Assembly: GCF_001194135.2 (NCBI RefSeq)
Contig: NC_068985.1
Span: 54,984,511 to 55,017,283 of the forward strand
DNA length: 32,773 nucleotides
Direction of reading: 5' to 3'
Origin: Octopus bimaculoides
Lineage: Eukaryota
Shown here: positions 20,430 to 31,975 of the stretch, piece by piece
How the letters are laid out: each line of letters begins with the position of its first letter
Numbering within the stretch: position 1 is the stretch's first letter
The notes under the pieces: generated by a model
What the model saw: the letters and a program-made list of their open reading frames with translations, nothing else
What the model was told of the DNA's origin: nothing
The model's database searches: none
Position numbers and translations under genes: made by a program

Positions 20430-21610
20430 ACTGTTTTTTTTTTTTACCAAAATGAAAAACTTTTTGTGAAATATNNNNNNNNNNNNNNNNNNNNNNNNNN
20501 NNNNNNNNNNNNNNNNNNNNNNNNNNNNNNNNNNNNNNNNNNNNNNNNNNNNNNNNNNNNNNNNNNNNNNNNNNNNNNNNNNNNNNNNNNNNNNNNNNNN
20601 NNNNNNNNNNNNNNNNNNNNNNNNNNNNNNNNNNNNNNNNNNNNNNNNNNNNNNNNNNNNNNNNNNNNNNNNNNNNNNNNNNNNNNNNNNNNNNNNNNNN
20701 NNNNNNNNNNNNNNNNNNNNNNNNNNNNNNNNNNNNNNNNNNNNNNNNNNNNNNNNNNNNNNNNNNNNNNNNNNNNNNNNNNNNNNNNNNNNNNNNNNNN
20801 NNNNNNNNNNNNNNNNNNNNNNNNNNNNNNNNNNNNNNNNNNNNNNNNNNNNNNNNNNNNNNNNNNNNNNNNNNNNNNNNNNNNNNNNNNNNNNNNNNNN
20901 NNNNNNNNNNNNNNNNNNNNNNNNNNNNNNNNNNNNNNNNNNNNNNNNNNNNNNNNNNNNNNNNNNNNNNNNNNNNNNNNNNNNNNNNNNNNNNNNNNNN
21001 NNNNNNNNNNNNNNNNNNNNNNNNNNNNNNNNNNNNNNNNNNNNNNNNNNNNNNNNNNNNNNNNNNNNNNNNNNNNNNNNNNNNNNNNNNNNNNNNNNNN
21101 NNNNNNNNNNNNNNNNNNNNNNNNNNNNNNNNNNNNNNNNNNNNNNNNNNNNNNNNNNNNNNNNNNNNNNNNNNNNNNNNNNNNNNNNNNNNNNNNNNNN
21201 NNNNNNNNNNNNNNNNNNNNNNNNNNNNNNNNNNNNNNNNNNNNNNNNNNNNNNNNNNNNNNNNNNNNNNNNNNNNNNNNNNNNNNNNNNNNNNNNNNNN
21301 NNNNNNNNNNNNNNNNNNNNNNNNNNNNNNNNNNNNNNNNAAGATGATGAAATTTTGGAAATCGTCTTTATTTAGTACCTAGTAGTTATGTTGTTATTTT
21401 CATTGAAATCGGAGGTATTTGAGATTTTACAGGGGGTGTTTGCCCCACTTTAAGCCCCCTAATCACAATGGAAAGTAAATTTTATGTAGCTCATTGTCTT
21501 TCTTGTAAAATTTTACATGAGAACACATACTTCGTTTTTATGCATCTTCTTTTGTCCTATAGATGTACAGGCACACAGACATGGTGCTTTATTATATAAA
21601 AAGATATACA

Positions 21611-21926
21611 CATGCATATATGGGTACAGGACGTCACCAACAGTGAACAAAATGAAATACGAAAACAAATGAGTTCTGTATGCAAACAACGAGAGAAACA
21701 AATAGAAAACTGGACAAGTAACATAAAGAATGACCCTTCATCAGTTGTCAGCTGTATACTCCTGTTTGAAATGAGGAGTAGACAGCTGACAACTGATGAA
21801 GGGTTGTTCTTTATGTTACGTGTCCTCTTTTCCATTTGTATCTCTTGTTGTTTGTGTATTGAACTCATTTACTTTTGTATTTCATGTTGTTTACTGTTGG
21901 TGACTTCCTGTACCCATATATGCATG
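21611..21926. repeat. Long imperfect inverted repeat, 153-bp arms with a 10-nt loop (MITE-like or Penelope-terminus-like)
   Basis: 21611-21763 aligns without gaps to the reverse complement of 21774-21926, with about 20 mismatches by my count. Opposite-strand ORFs in the track translate to near-identical peptides. The ends are embedded in TA-rich sequence. Confidence 0.93.
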
Positions 21927-21951
21927 TTTATATGCATGTATATATATGATT

Positions 21952-22039
21952 ATCATCATCATTTAATGTCCGTTTTCCATGCTGGCATGGGTTAGATGGT
22001 TTGACTGAAAACTTCTAAGCCAGGAAGCTGGACTAGGTT

Positions 22040-22042
<3 letters not shown>
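21952..22042 (-). mobile_element. RTE-associated 3' terminus
   Basis: (cat)n ttaatgtccgttttccatgctggcatgggttagatggtttgactg, cut off by (TA)n and a gap. Confidence 0.8.
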
Positions 22043-22073
<31 letters not shown>

Positions 22074-23050
22074 NNNNNNNNNNNNNNNNNNNNNNNNNNN
22101 NNNNNNNNNNNNNNNNNNNNNNNNNNNNNNNNNNNNNNNNNNNNNNNNNNNNNNNNNNNNNNNNNNNNNNNNNNNNNNNNNNNNNNNNNNNNNNNNNNNN
22201 NNNNNNNNNNNNNNNNNNNNNNNNNNNNNNNNNNNNNNNNNNNNNNNNNNNNNNNNNNNNNNNNNNNNNNNNNNNNNNNNNNNNNNNNNNNNNNNNNNNN
22301 NNNNNNNNNNNNNNNNNNNNNNNNNNNNNNNNNNNNNNNNNNNNNNNNNNNNNNNNNNNNNNNNNNNNNNNNNNNNNNNNNNNNNNNNNNNNNNNNNNNN
22401 NNNNNNNNNNNNNNNNNATATATATATATATATATGTGTATGTATATACACACACACATGTATATAAATATATATACACATATGGACATATATATGTGTG
22501 TGTGTATGTACATATATAGGTATGTATGCACCCTCACACACACATATATATATATACACACATGCATGTGTATGTGTGATGTTATATTGTATATTTTAAA
22601 TTTTGTCCTTTTGTACTTTGATTATATATTCATTTCACAGTATGTCCTTGCTAAGCATTTAAAGGTTTTGTAATTATGTTTGCCTTTGTGACAAACACAG
22701 AAATATTCAATGCCACCACCACGACCACCACCACTACTGCTGCTGCTATTCTTCACTCCTTACAACTTAGTGAATTCTTTCTGAAATGTGTGTGCCAAAC
22801 CAGTGATAAGAAGCACAGCCATGATGTGGTTGCAGATAATAAGTGGTGTTTCTGCTGTGGAAGCAGTTAACCAGCAACAAGCCTCTCAAGGTTTTCTCAG
22901 TGGAAATAGGCTCTAAACTTGTCATAGAGAACTACTTGACAAAACATTCGCTTTGCTGAAACAAAAACAAAATCAACTTCCTGGTGTTTGCTGGACTTTA
23001 AACACATTGTCAAGTTGTGTAGATTGTGTGTTTGTGGCTTTCTGTGTGAT

Positions 23051-23555
23051 TGCATGTGTGTATATAGCTCTATGTATCTGCATGTGTCTGTATGGCTCTC
23101 AGTGTGTCTGTCTGTGTGTATATATAGCTTACTGTGTATATAGCTCACTGTTTGCATGTGTGTACATAGCTCACCGTGTCCGCCTATGTGTTTGTATAGC
23201 TCCACTGTATTTGTATGTGTGTATATGGCTCTGTGTCTGCCAGTGTATGTGTATAGCTTATTGTATCTGCATGTTTGTGTACATGGCTGAGTGTATCTGC
23301 CTGTGTGTATATGACTGTACATTTGTGTGTATGTGTTCCTTTGCATCTACATACATGTATGTATATACATCTCTCTATCTCTGTATGTGTATATAGCTCG
23401 GAGTCTTCATGTGTATTTATGGCTCCCCGGATCTGCATGTGCACATACATATGGCTTTCTGAGTCTGCATGTGTGTATATATGGCTTTCTGAGTCTGCAC
23501 GTGTGTATGAGGCTCTCTGAGTACACACACACACACACGGCTCTCTGTGTCTATG
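23051..23555. repeat. Degenerate minisatellite, about 28-30-bp unit tctgcatgtgtgtatat(a/g)gctc
   Basis: The motif gtgtatatagctc/gtatatggct recurs about every 30 bp, with near-identical units at about 23430-23520. It explains the Y/H/T/C/V-rich ORFs. Confidence 0.8.
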
Positions 23556-23980
23556 GTTGTCTTTATGTGTAAGAATATAGGCGTAACCATTAAGTCAAGG
23601 GGAGTGAAGAAACAATTTGAAATAGAGAAAAGATCTTTTGGTAGATACCATAAAATGAAAGCAGTGGCTGAATGAATATAGTGTGAGGTCTCTAGACTTT
23701 TAACTTATCTCATTGGTCAATTTTATATTTGCATGTCAAGGCCCACCCAACCACTCACTTAACTCCTGATGGAGTTGTTAGAGTGTCATTGTGACACACA
23801 GCATATCTTGGCATTTTTAAATCAGGCAAAGCCCTTCTTTCTCTGGGTTTGAATACAGCCAACTAGAGAGCCAGAAACAGGAGAGGAGAAGTAAAAACAA
23901 AAAAACATCAAGTCTCAATGATTGGTACTCAGTTTCTCAATCTGGAAAGTTTTCTCAATCCAGAAAGCAAAGTTGACCGT

Positions 23981-24376
23981 GATAGGCACAGGTGTGGCTG
24001 ATAGGCACAAGCATAGCAGTGTGGTAACAAGCTTGCTTCCCAACCACTTGGTTCTGGGTTCAGTCCCACTGTGTGGCACATTGGACAAGTGTTTTCAACT
24101 ACAACCTCGGGCTGGTGGAAACTGAAAGAAGCCCATTGTGGGTGTGTATATGTGTGTGTGTCTTTGTTTCTACCCCTCTCACCACCACTTGACAACTGGT
24201 GTTGGTGTGTTTAAATCTCCCTTAACTTAGCAATTTGGCAATAGAAACCGATGGAATAAGTACAAGGTTTAACAAAATACAAGCACTGGGGTTGATTCAT
24301 TCGACTAAAAATTCTTCAAAGTGGTGCCCAAGCATGGCCCCAGTCTAATGACTGAAACAAGTAAAAGATAAAAGAT
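23981..24376 (+). mobile_element. SINE family A, full length, with a short head duplication
   Basis: gataggcacaggtgtggct is followed by a second gataggcac. Then gtgtggtaacaagcttgcttcccaaccac, B-box gggttcagtccc, and a 3' end ctaatgactgaaacaagtaaaagataaaaga. Confidence 0.9.
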
Positions 24377-25145
24377 GATGAGATTAGAACCCAGAGTACA
24401 AACAGAACAAATGCCAGAAGGTAATTTATCTATTGCTCTAGTAACTGCGGTTTGACCATCTTGTTGCACCTATGATGGTGCTGACCACTAAATATGATCT
24501 TGGAGAAGGCAGAAGGGGGATTCTATACTTAGATCATCTTACTCCAGTTTCTGTCAAGAAATCAGTTTCCTTAAAGATTGCAAATAATATCGGATTCAAA
24601 TTATTACACCATGTTTGCTTCATCTTCACCATCAGGTCTGAAATACTATTCAATAGATCTAATTAATAATAACCAAACTAGATCAATTATACGTGATGTC
24701 AATTGATCTGACCTCTGATCTAGCTAAAACAACTCTATAGATCAGCAGTTTCACAATAAGATGTTTGCATGTTCTGCCAATATTTCACCCACAGGTCTAA
24801 AGCAGTTAGTACATCCAAAATAAAACAATCTACAAACACAAGACACACTCTATACAATAAATATCCAATAAAATAAACCCCCACAACATGTACTCTATAG
24901 GCTGGACACCCAACAGAAGAACACAACTAACATTATACACAACACATAATGCAAACACTAATACAACAAAAGAATGCAACCAAAGCCCAAAATAAAAACT
25001 GATGCAATACAATACTGGGAAGAGTTTTCACTTTCACAACAACAGAAAAGAACACACAATGCTGCACACACCTCAGCAACATGGAGGTGTAGAAGAAATT
25101 TGCTTGAAACTATCAAATGTTGACTAATAATAATAATAATAATAT

Positions 25146-25806
25146 GGTTTCAAAATTTGGCACAGGGCCAGTAGTTTTTGAAAGGAGAGGAAAGTCGATT
25201 ACATTGACTTGATTGGTATTTTATTTTCACTGCTGACAGACAAAGCTAAGTTTTGATGGATTTGAACTCTTAAACATAAGTTGCTGAAAGAAATATCGCA
25301 AAGCACTTCTCTAACGATACTCCTAATCTATCACCCTCATATAACAACAACAACAACAACAATAATCCTTTCTGCTATAAGCACATGACCTGAAATTTTG
25401 TGGGAGGGGATGAGTCGAGTACATCAACCCTAGTGCTTGACTGGTACTTAATTTATCAACCGCGAAAAGATGAAAGGCAAAGTCGACCCCAGCGGAATTT
25501 GAACTTAGAATGTAAAGACAGATGAAATGCTACAAAGCTTTTTGCTTGGTATGCTAATGAGTCTCAGAGCTCACCGACTTAACAATAACAATAATCCTTT
25601 CTACTAAAGGCACAAGGCCTGAAATTTTTGGAGAGGGGCATAGTCGATTACATCGACCCCAGTGCTCAACTGGTACTTATTTTATGGACCCCGAAAGGAT
25701 GAAAGGTAAAGTCAACATCAGAGGAATTTGAACTCAGAATGTGAAAATGGATGAAATACTGCTAAGCATTTTGCCCAGTGTACTAATGATTTTTCCAGCT
25801 TGCTGC

Positions 25807-25846
<40 letters not shown>

Positions 25847-26004
25847 GTTTCAAACTTTGGCACAAGGCCAACAATTTTAGGGGAGGGTTTAGTTGATACC
25901 ATCAACTTGAGTACGTGACAGGGACTACATTTTGATTGACCCCAAAAGGATGAAAGGCAAAGTTGACTTAAGTGGGATTTGAACTCAGATCATAATGAGA
26001 CAGC
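25146..26004 (-). mobile_element. Tandem array of four family B tRNA-derived SINEs (25146-25340, 25365-25580, 25595-25807, 25846-26004)
   Basis: The better-preserved copies carry the B-box GAGTTCAAATTCC on the minus strand and the core gactttgcctttcatcctttcggggtc.ataaaataagtaccagt. Copies are separated by (AAT)n or (AAC)n tails. The core resembles the Meta-type SINE central domain as I recall it (not verified). Confidence 0.88.
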
Positions 26005-26562
26005 AAAAAATCTCTTGCTGGACCATATATGATAACATAATTTTGAATCTTCTAAAATTAAATTTAAAAAATTTCAGATTGAAGAATGTTCCTTATATAT
26101 GATGTTTCATATAATTCCACAATCAAAAAAAAAAGAAAAGAAAAAAGAAAACATATATAATGAATTAAAAAAAGAAATATAACACTCAAACAATACCACA
26201 ACCTATTAGTTATTTCTCATATGTGTTGTGTTGTTAATTAGCTATGTGGTTTTGGCGTATTGATTATTCTGTAAATCTTTTTCATTCTAAGTTTTCCCTA
26301 TTGTATTTTGGTAAGCAATATTTCAACTGGTGATTGGAATTCATGAAGAAATGCAATCCTATGAATTCTATCATATGATAGAAGGGACAGACACACTGGG
26401 AAAAAAAAGAAGAAAGAAAAAGACAGTTATCCAGTTCTACATTGCGATCATTGTCCACTGGTTTCTCATTTTTCAATCTGACATAATCACTATGGCAACA
26501 AATCAATTCATATTTCTCTTTTACAACATACACACACACACATAAGTTTTGAAAAGTTGAAC

Positions 26563-26813
26563 CATCATCATCATTTTAAAATTCACTTTGCTATACTTGC
26601 ATGGGTTGGATGGAATTTACTGAGGCAGATTTTCTATGACTGGATGCCCTTCCTGTCATCAACTTGTATATTGTTTCCAATCAAGGTAATATTTCCTCAT
26701 GATTGGACACGATTTTCACAGAAGACTTGAAACTAAAAACATTGCTTGTATGACGGTGACGTTCATTTACCATGTGACGCCTCAAGACAAGAGTACACAC
26801 AAAAATATGTGCA

Positions 26814-26848
<35 letters not shown>

Positions 26849-27165
26849 ATACACACACAATGAACTTGTTTCAGTTTCCATCAACCAAATCCACTCACAA
26901 GACTGGAAATGAAGAATAACGTTTGCATGATAGTGATGCTTGTTTACAATCATCATGTTGAGACAAGGGTACACACACAAACACACACACACACACACAC
27001 ATGCATGTATTTATACAGTTTCCATCTCCCAAACCCACTCATATGGCTTTGAGCAGTCCAAAGCTATCATAATAGATGCTGTTTGCCCAAAGTGCCATGC
27101 AAAGGGACTGAATCTGAGACCATATGGTTGTGAAGCAAGCTTCTTAACCACACAGCCATGTCTGC
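26563..27165 (-). mobile_element. SINE family A with an RTE-type tail and a duplicated middle module
   Basis: The block gactggaaa...ttgcttgtatga.ggtga...gacaag.gtacacac...cagtttccatc..ccaaa.ccactca occurs twice, with the junction at 26900/26901. Confidence 0.85.
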
Positions 27166-27239
27166 AACCACTCCAACCCTCGTTAGAGAGATTCAGTATT
27201 TAGCTGCAAGCAAGCAAAGAAGATATAATAAAACATTTT

Positions 27240-27273
<34 letters not shown>
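27240..27273. repeat. (TGA)n microsatellite
   Basis: Pure trinucleotide tract. Confidence 0.95.
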
Positions 27274-27275
<2 letters not shown>

Positions 27276-27659
27276 TATGTAAATAGAGCTTGCATTGTTT
27301 ACTTAAGTGGAAAGCATGTGACCTCAAGAAACTAAGATATACTTTGATCATTTTGTTTCAAGGTTCACGCTATTATACACATATCCTACTTTAATTTATA
27401 GACTAAAGTGTGTGCTTATGGAATAATTGCTGCATATTGAGTGTAAACAGACACACGGCAGGGGGAAGGGTGGGGGGATAAACATTCAGTGGAGGAAAAA
27501 TTTATAATTCATGATCTCTGCTAGTTAATCAACTTCATACATTCTATTTATCTTACTAAATTCATTTTCCATCTATTGCTTTACTAAGGACATAGTGGCA
27601 GTGGTGGTCTTAGGAGAAGAGAATTGACCTGAAAGTCTGTTTAGAATGTAGTTAGCAAG

Positions 27660-27707
<48 letters not shown>

Positions 27708-27757
27708 TGTACACACACACACATACATATATATATAAATGTATGTATGAATGTGTA

Positions 27758-27798
<41 letters not shown>

Positions 27799-28070
27799 AA
27801 AGAGAGTGTGAGGGGTGGGTGTGGAGAGAGTTAGTTTAGTCATGAGGTGGTGTCACCAGACAGCATAAGTATATATTCTCTGAAACTACATCTGGAGTAG
27901 CAAATGTTCACCAAGGGTTACTGAAGCATGAGCACCATACATACTTGGTTCATGACAATGTTAGCCGTAGTTAGAACAGCAACATTCCTGAACACTAGAG
28001 TGTAAAAGCTTTTGGATAGATACAAGCTTAGCTAATAAAATATCTTATAAGGGAACCGTTAATTATTAAC

Positions 28071-28252
28071 AGCAGCAATCATGGCTATGCGGTTAAGAGA
28101 ATCATTTCACAAGCATAGGGTTACAGGTTCAGTTCCACTGTGCAGCACTTTAGGCAAGTGTCTTCCACTGTAGTCTTGTGCTGCCTAATAATACCTTGTG
28201 CATAAAATTGGTAGATGGAAAGTGTAGGAAGTCCACTGTTGTATGAGTGTGT

Positions 28253-28283
<31 letters not shown>

Positions 28284-28475
28284 CACATACATGTATATGG
28301 ATATGTTTGTATGCTTAAGAATTTTGCTTCCCAGCCACATGGCTCTTAGGTTTCAATACCTCTGAGTGGCACCTTGGGCAAGTATCTTCTACTTTGCCTC
28401 TGCACTGATCAAAGCTTTCTGAGTGGACTTGGTAGATGGAAACTGAAAGGAACCTGTTATATATGTGTGTGTGTT
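28071..28475 (+). mobile_element. Two tandem SINE family A heads
   Basis: Two successive aag.att..cttc.ca..cacat.g...ggtt.ca...gcac.tt.ggcaagt.tcttc.act...ggtagatggaaa modules separated by (CA)n. Confidence 0.8.
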
Positions 28476-28819
28476 ACATTTATGTATCTGTTTTGCAAAA
28501 TTCCTGATGTAAACTCATGTGTTGAAACAGATATTGTTATACTTGGGGATGGTCATATTTTTTTGCCAATTAACTACATGCACTACATACTTGTTCTTCA
28601 CTTCAGCTTTATTATTATCATTATTTTAGTGTCCTGTGTGTGAAATCTTTCACAGGATGTGTGATGATAGATTTCAGACAAAGGACACTGAAATAATAAT
28701 AATAATTATAATAATAATAATCATGAAGTTGAAAAGAATAAGTATATAGTGCGTGTGGTTAATTGGCAAATAATATGACCATCCTTATCTCTCTCTCTCT
28801 CTCTGTATATATGTATATG

Positions 28820-28932
28820 CATTTTCTGTTAAACATGTCTGACCATGGGGAAATATTACCTTGCTTGTAAAGAGGGTGACTACAGAATATCTGCCAAGCA
28901 TGGAAAAGGAAAAGTGGACATTAAAAATGATA
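28820..28932 (+). mobile_element. SINE/RTE-type tail fragment
   Basis: aaacatgtctgaccatggggaaatattaccttgc...agcatggaaaaggaaaagtggacattaaaaatgat. Confidence 0.7.
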
Positions 28933-29702
28933 TGTGTGTGTGTGTGTGTGTGTGTGTCTGAATAGAGAAATGCTTCTTGTGTTGTGTGCTTCACATACAC
29001 AAAAAAAAAAAGCACAAAGATACATGTGGTGCAGTTTGTTGTCATTTTCCTTGCAACAAATCATATGCTGGGTTTGCACTTTTGGAGACATATGGAACAA
29101 GAGATCCCTCATGTGGAGAATAGGGAAGGGTTGGTGAGAAGGAGGACATCTGATTGTAACACAATGCTAAAAGTTAATATAAATTCAGACATAAAAAGGA
29201 GTGAATGAATGAAAGCATGAAAAGAAGAAAACAAACAATAAAAATAAAAAAAGAAACCTCCAAAATGAAGGAATAACTTGATGATAGAATGAAAATTTAT
29301 ATTAAAAGAAATCATTTGTGTTGTAGTCTTTGCAACAGAAAATTAAGGGAAATTCTGAAGTCCAAAATATACCACATGACACAATATACATCTGAAAACA
29401 GACACCTAAAGATGTCTATGGCACAAAACTTACTGAGAGCTGTTCTGTAATAGTGTATTTACACAACAGACAAATTTATTTGGCATTTCATTGATTTCTT
29501 TTTTGTTGAAGCTATCAGCTACAATTTGACACCAAATTGTCAAATTGATGTGTGCGAATTTGTTGAGTGATCTCTGAAAGAACGGTAGTATCTAATCAGA
29601 GAAGAGAGGAATGTATTGTAAAACAGATGAATCAGTTTGTGCTGTGGTTTAGTCAGAGTGATGTAGAGTATTCTGAGCAGGAAAATAATTAACGGGTCTC
29701 AT

Positions 29703-29791
29703 AAAACAGATGAAGGCTAATTACAATAGAGAGAGCAAGTAATGGGTTTTGCAAAACAGATGAAGTCTAATTACAAAAGAGAGAGCAGTAA
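29703..29791. repeat. Tandem duplication, about 40-bp unit with a 50-bp period
   Basis: aaaacagatgaaggctaattacaatagagagagcaagtaa versus aaaacagatgaagtctaattacaaaagagagagcagtaa. A third partial aaaacagatgaa lies near 29620. Confidence 0.85.
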
Positions 29792-30453
29792 GAATGACAT
29801 TGAGAAAGTATGACATGACTTTAATTTCAATAACATTTTGGTGTACTACTTAGTAAAGAGGCTGCGAAAGAGGGAAAGATAACCATTTTGAAACTTCCAT
29901 CAAATTAAATTGGAAATAAACGATATTGATGCAAACTTAATTATTAACATTGAACTTGAAAGAAGAAAGAGGAAATCAATTTAATTTTAATTCACATACA
30001 AAGGTTTCTTTGTTTGATATCAAAGTTATGAGGAGCTGAAATGCCACAAGAACTATACAGAATTTTAAATACATGTCCCTTTTTGATGAGACAACTGTAT
30101 AAGAGGTTCTACAAAGGGTTTCCTAATAAGGCCACAAAATCAAGTATATTCTTTTCATCAATTTAAACTATCATCAAAAATAATAATAAAAAAAAAGAAA
30201 ATGACTAAATAAAATTAAAACTTCATACACGTGAAAGACTGTTGCAAGCAGAGAAAGAACATTTAAAAACAGATAAATGCAAGGCCTATAAGAGTGAGTG
30301 GAGTCAGCTGGGATATTGGTGTAGGCCCTGGAGATACAGAGGTGTTCAGTGATCCAAGGAAGTGTCCTGTGAATTTTGGATAAGCTTCAAAAGCAACCTT
30401 CTTCTACCTTGCAATAATTTGTTCAAGAGGATGAAAGGATCTTCAAGGAAAAT

Positions 30454-30785
30454 TCATTATCGTTGCTTTAATGACCACTTGTTCATGGTTGCAAGGGTTA
30501 GACAGTATTCACTGAGGCAGATTTTCCAGTTAGATGTCTCCCTGTCATCAATTTTTACTGGTTTTCAAGTAGGGTAATATTTCTCCATGGCCAGATATGC
30601 TTTTCACAGAAGACTGGAAATGAACAAAGACAAGGGTAAAACTACATATGCACACACACACACTCTATAATGTTATATGATTGGTTTCTTTCAGTTTCTG
30701 CTTACCAAACCACTCACATGGCTTTGTTAGCTTGGGGCTATAGTAGAAGACTTTGTTCAATGTGCTGCATAGTGGGACTACATTT
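30454..30785 (-). mobile_element. SINE family A with an RTE-type tail
   Basis: ttaatgaccacttgttcatggttgcaagggttagac...actgaggcagatttt...ggtaatatttctccatggccag...ttctttcagtttctgcttaccaaaccactcac...ctatagtagaagac. Confidence 0.85.
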
Positions 30786-30984
30786 GAGATGTTAAAACTT
30801 TATTGTGATCAGTTTGTTTGATAAATTGGCTAAAAATTGAATGGTAGAGAAAATGATGGAGGGAGAGAGAGAGGGAGGGAGGGCAAGAGGCAGAGAAGAG
30901 GAAGTTGAAAATTTCTATACAATAATAGCTGATATGTTGGCTGGTTGGTTGCTTCCTCCACTCACATTTTATATTGTATATAGG

Positions 30985-31101
<117 letters not shown>

Positions 31102-31599
31102 TAAAGGAAAGATACAGAATGAGTTATGAAGTACAGAATGAGAGCACATTTTAGGCTTGGCAGGCAATAAGTAAAGGTGAGAGAGAAAGAATCAGAGAGG
31201 AGGAGAAGTAAATGATGGAGTAGTTATGGGGGGCATAAAATGATAAACTTGTTCCTTTTGAAAATTAGAATTCATTTCATCATTTTGTATAAGCACCTAG
31301 AAATTTGATAAAAGTTAAATTATAATCATTGTACGTGTGCCTTATTTCTTGATATTACCCACGGTGGCAAAAATATATTTCTGAAGTTACCTGTCATATG
31401 AAGGATGATACTCTAGTACTGTAATAATGATAGAAGTAACAACTGAAATGCCAATCAACTGTTATTACAATTGTCTGTGGCAGAAACATGACTCAGCTTG
31501 TTGATACAGTCAATTAAAGAAATAGCAAGGTGACTACTAACACTAGGTTTCACTGTTGCTTAGGATTAGTCTTGACGATGGCATTTCCTTAACCATACC

Positions 31600-31975
31600 T
31601 AGACTGTTTCATAAAGAGACTGGTGCCTCTCATCATAATTGGAAAATACAATTCCCAAATTACTGACCATTTACAAAGTTCAAGTGAAACCCACAATCAA
31701 ATACTATCCTCAGATCTGGGATAGTGCTGTTGCTACGTACAGGAACAACTTTTAATTCTTAGACCACATCTAAAAAGGAAACCGCCCCCCCCCCCCAGCA
31801 AACTGACTGGCATGTAGTTGCTTATCATACACAGACACATCTACCTTTGGCCAATGGATGTAATGTCTCTTCAGTTTTCCTTCAAAGCACCTGGATTATC
31901 CTGTGTTACCTATACTCAGTCATTTTCAACTTGTCTATCCTCCTCTAGTCCAACCATACTGTGTTCACATCCCAC
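31600..31975 (+). mobile_element. Degraded CR1-group (L2/Crack-like) LINE ORF2 C-terminal fragment
   Basis: KLLTIYKVQVKPTIKYYPQIWDSA at 31656-31727 resembles the LL.LYK..VRP.LEY...IW..A motif. It is followed by LDHI*K, LPLANGCNVSS and QPYCVHIP across frameshifts. Confidence 0.7.

Noticed and set aside
21557-21995. Two overlapping opposite-strand ORFs with similar peptides
   Set aside because: A consequence of the inverted repeat, not a duplicated gene.
22700-22955. Strong minus-strand acceptor ttttgtttttgtttcag at 22956
   Set aside because: All three frames stop quickly and there is no independent support for an exon.
25146-26004. Regularly spaced repeats suggesting a CRISPR-like array, or tRNA genes
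   Set aside because: The units are about 200-bp eukaryotic SINEs with microsatellite spacers. The heads have A/B boxes but no intact cloverleaf.
29820-30100. Possible Tc1/mariner remnant ending gtccctttttgatgagacaactgTA
   Set aside because: No matching opposite TIR or transposase motif was found in the window.
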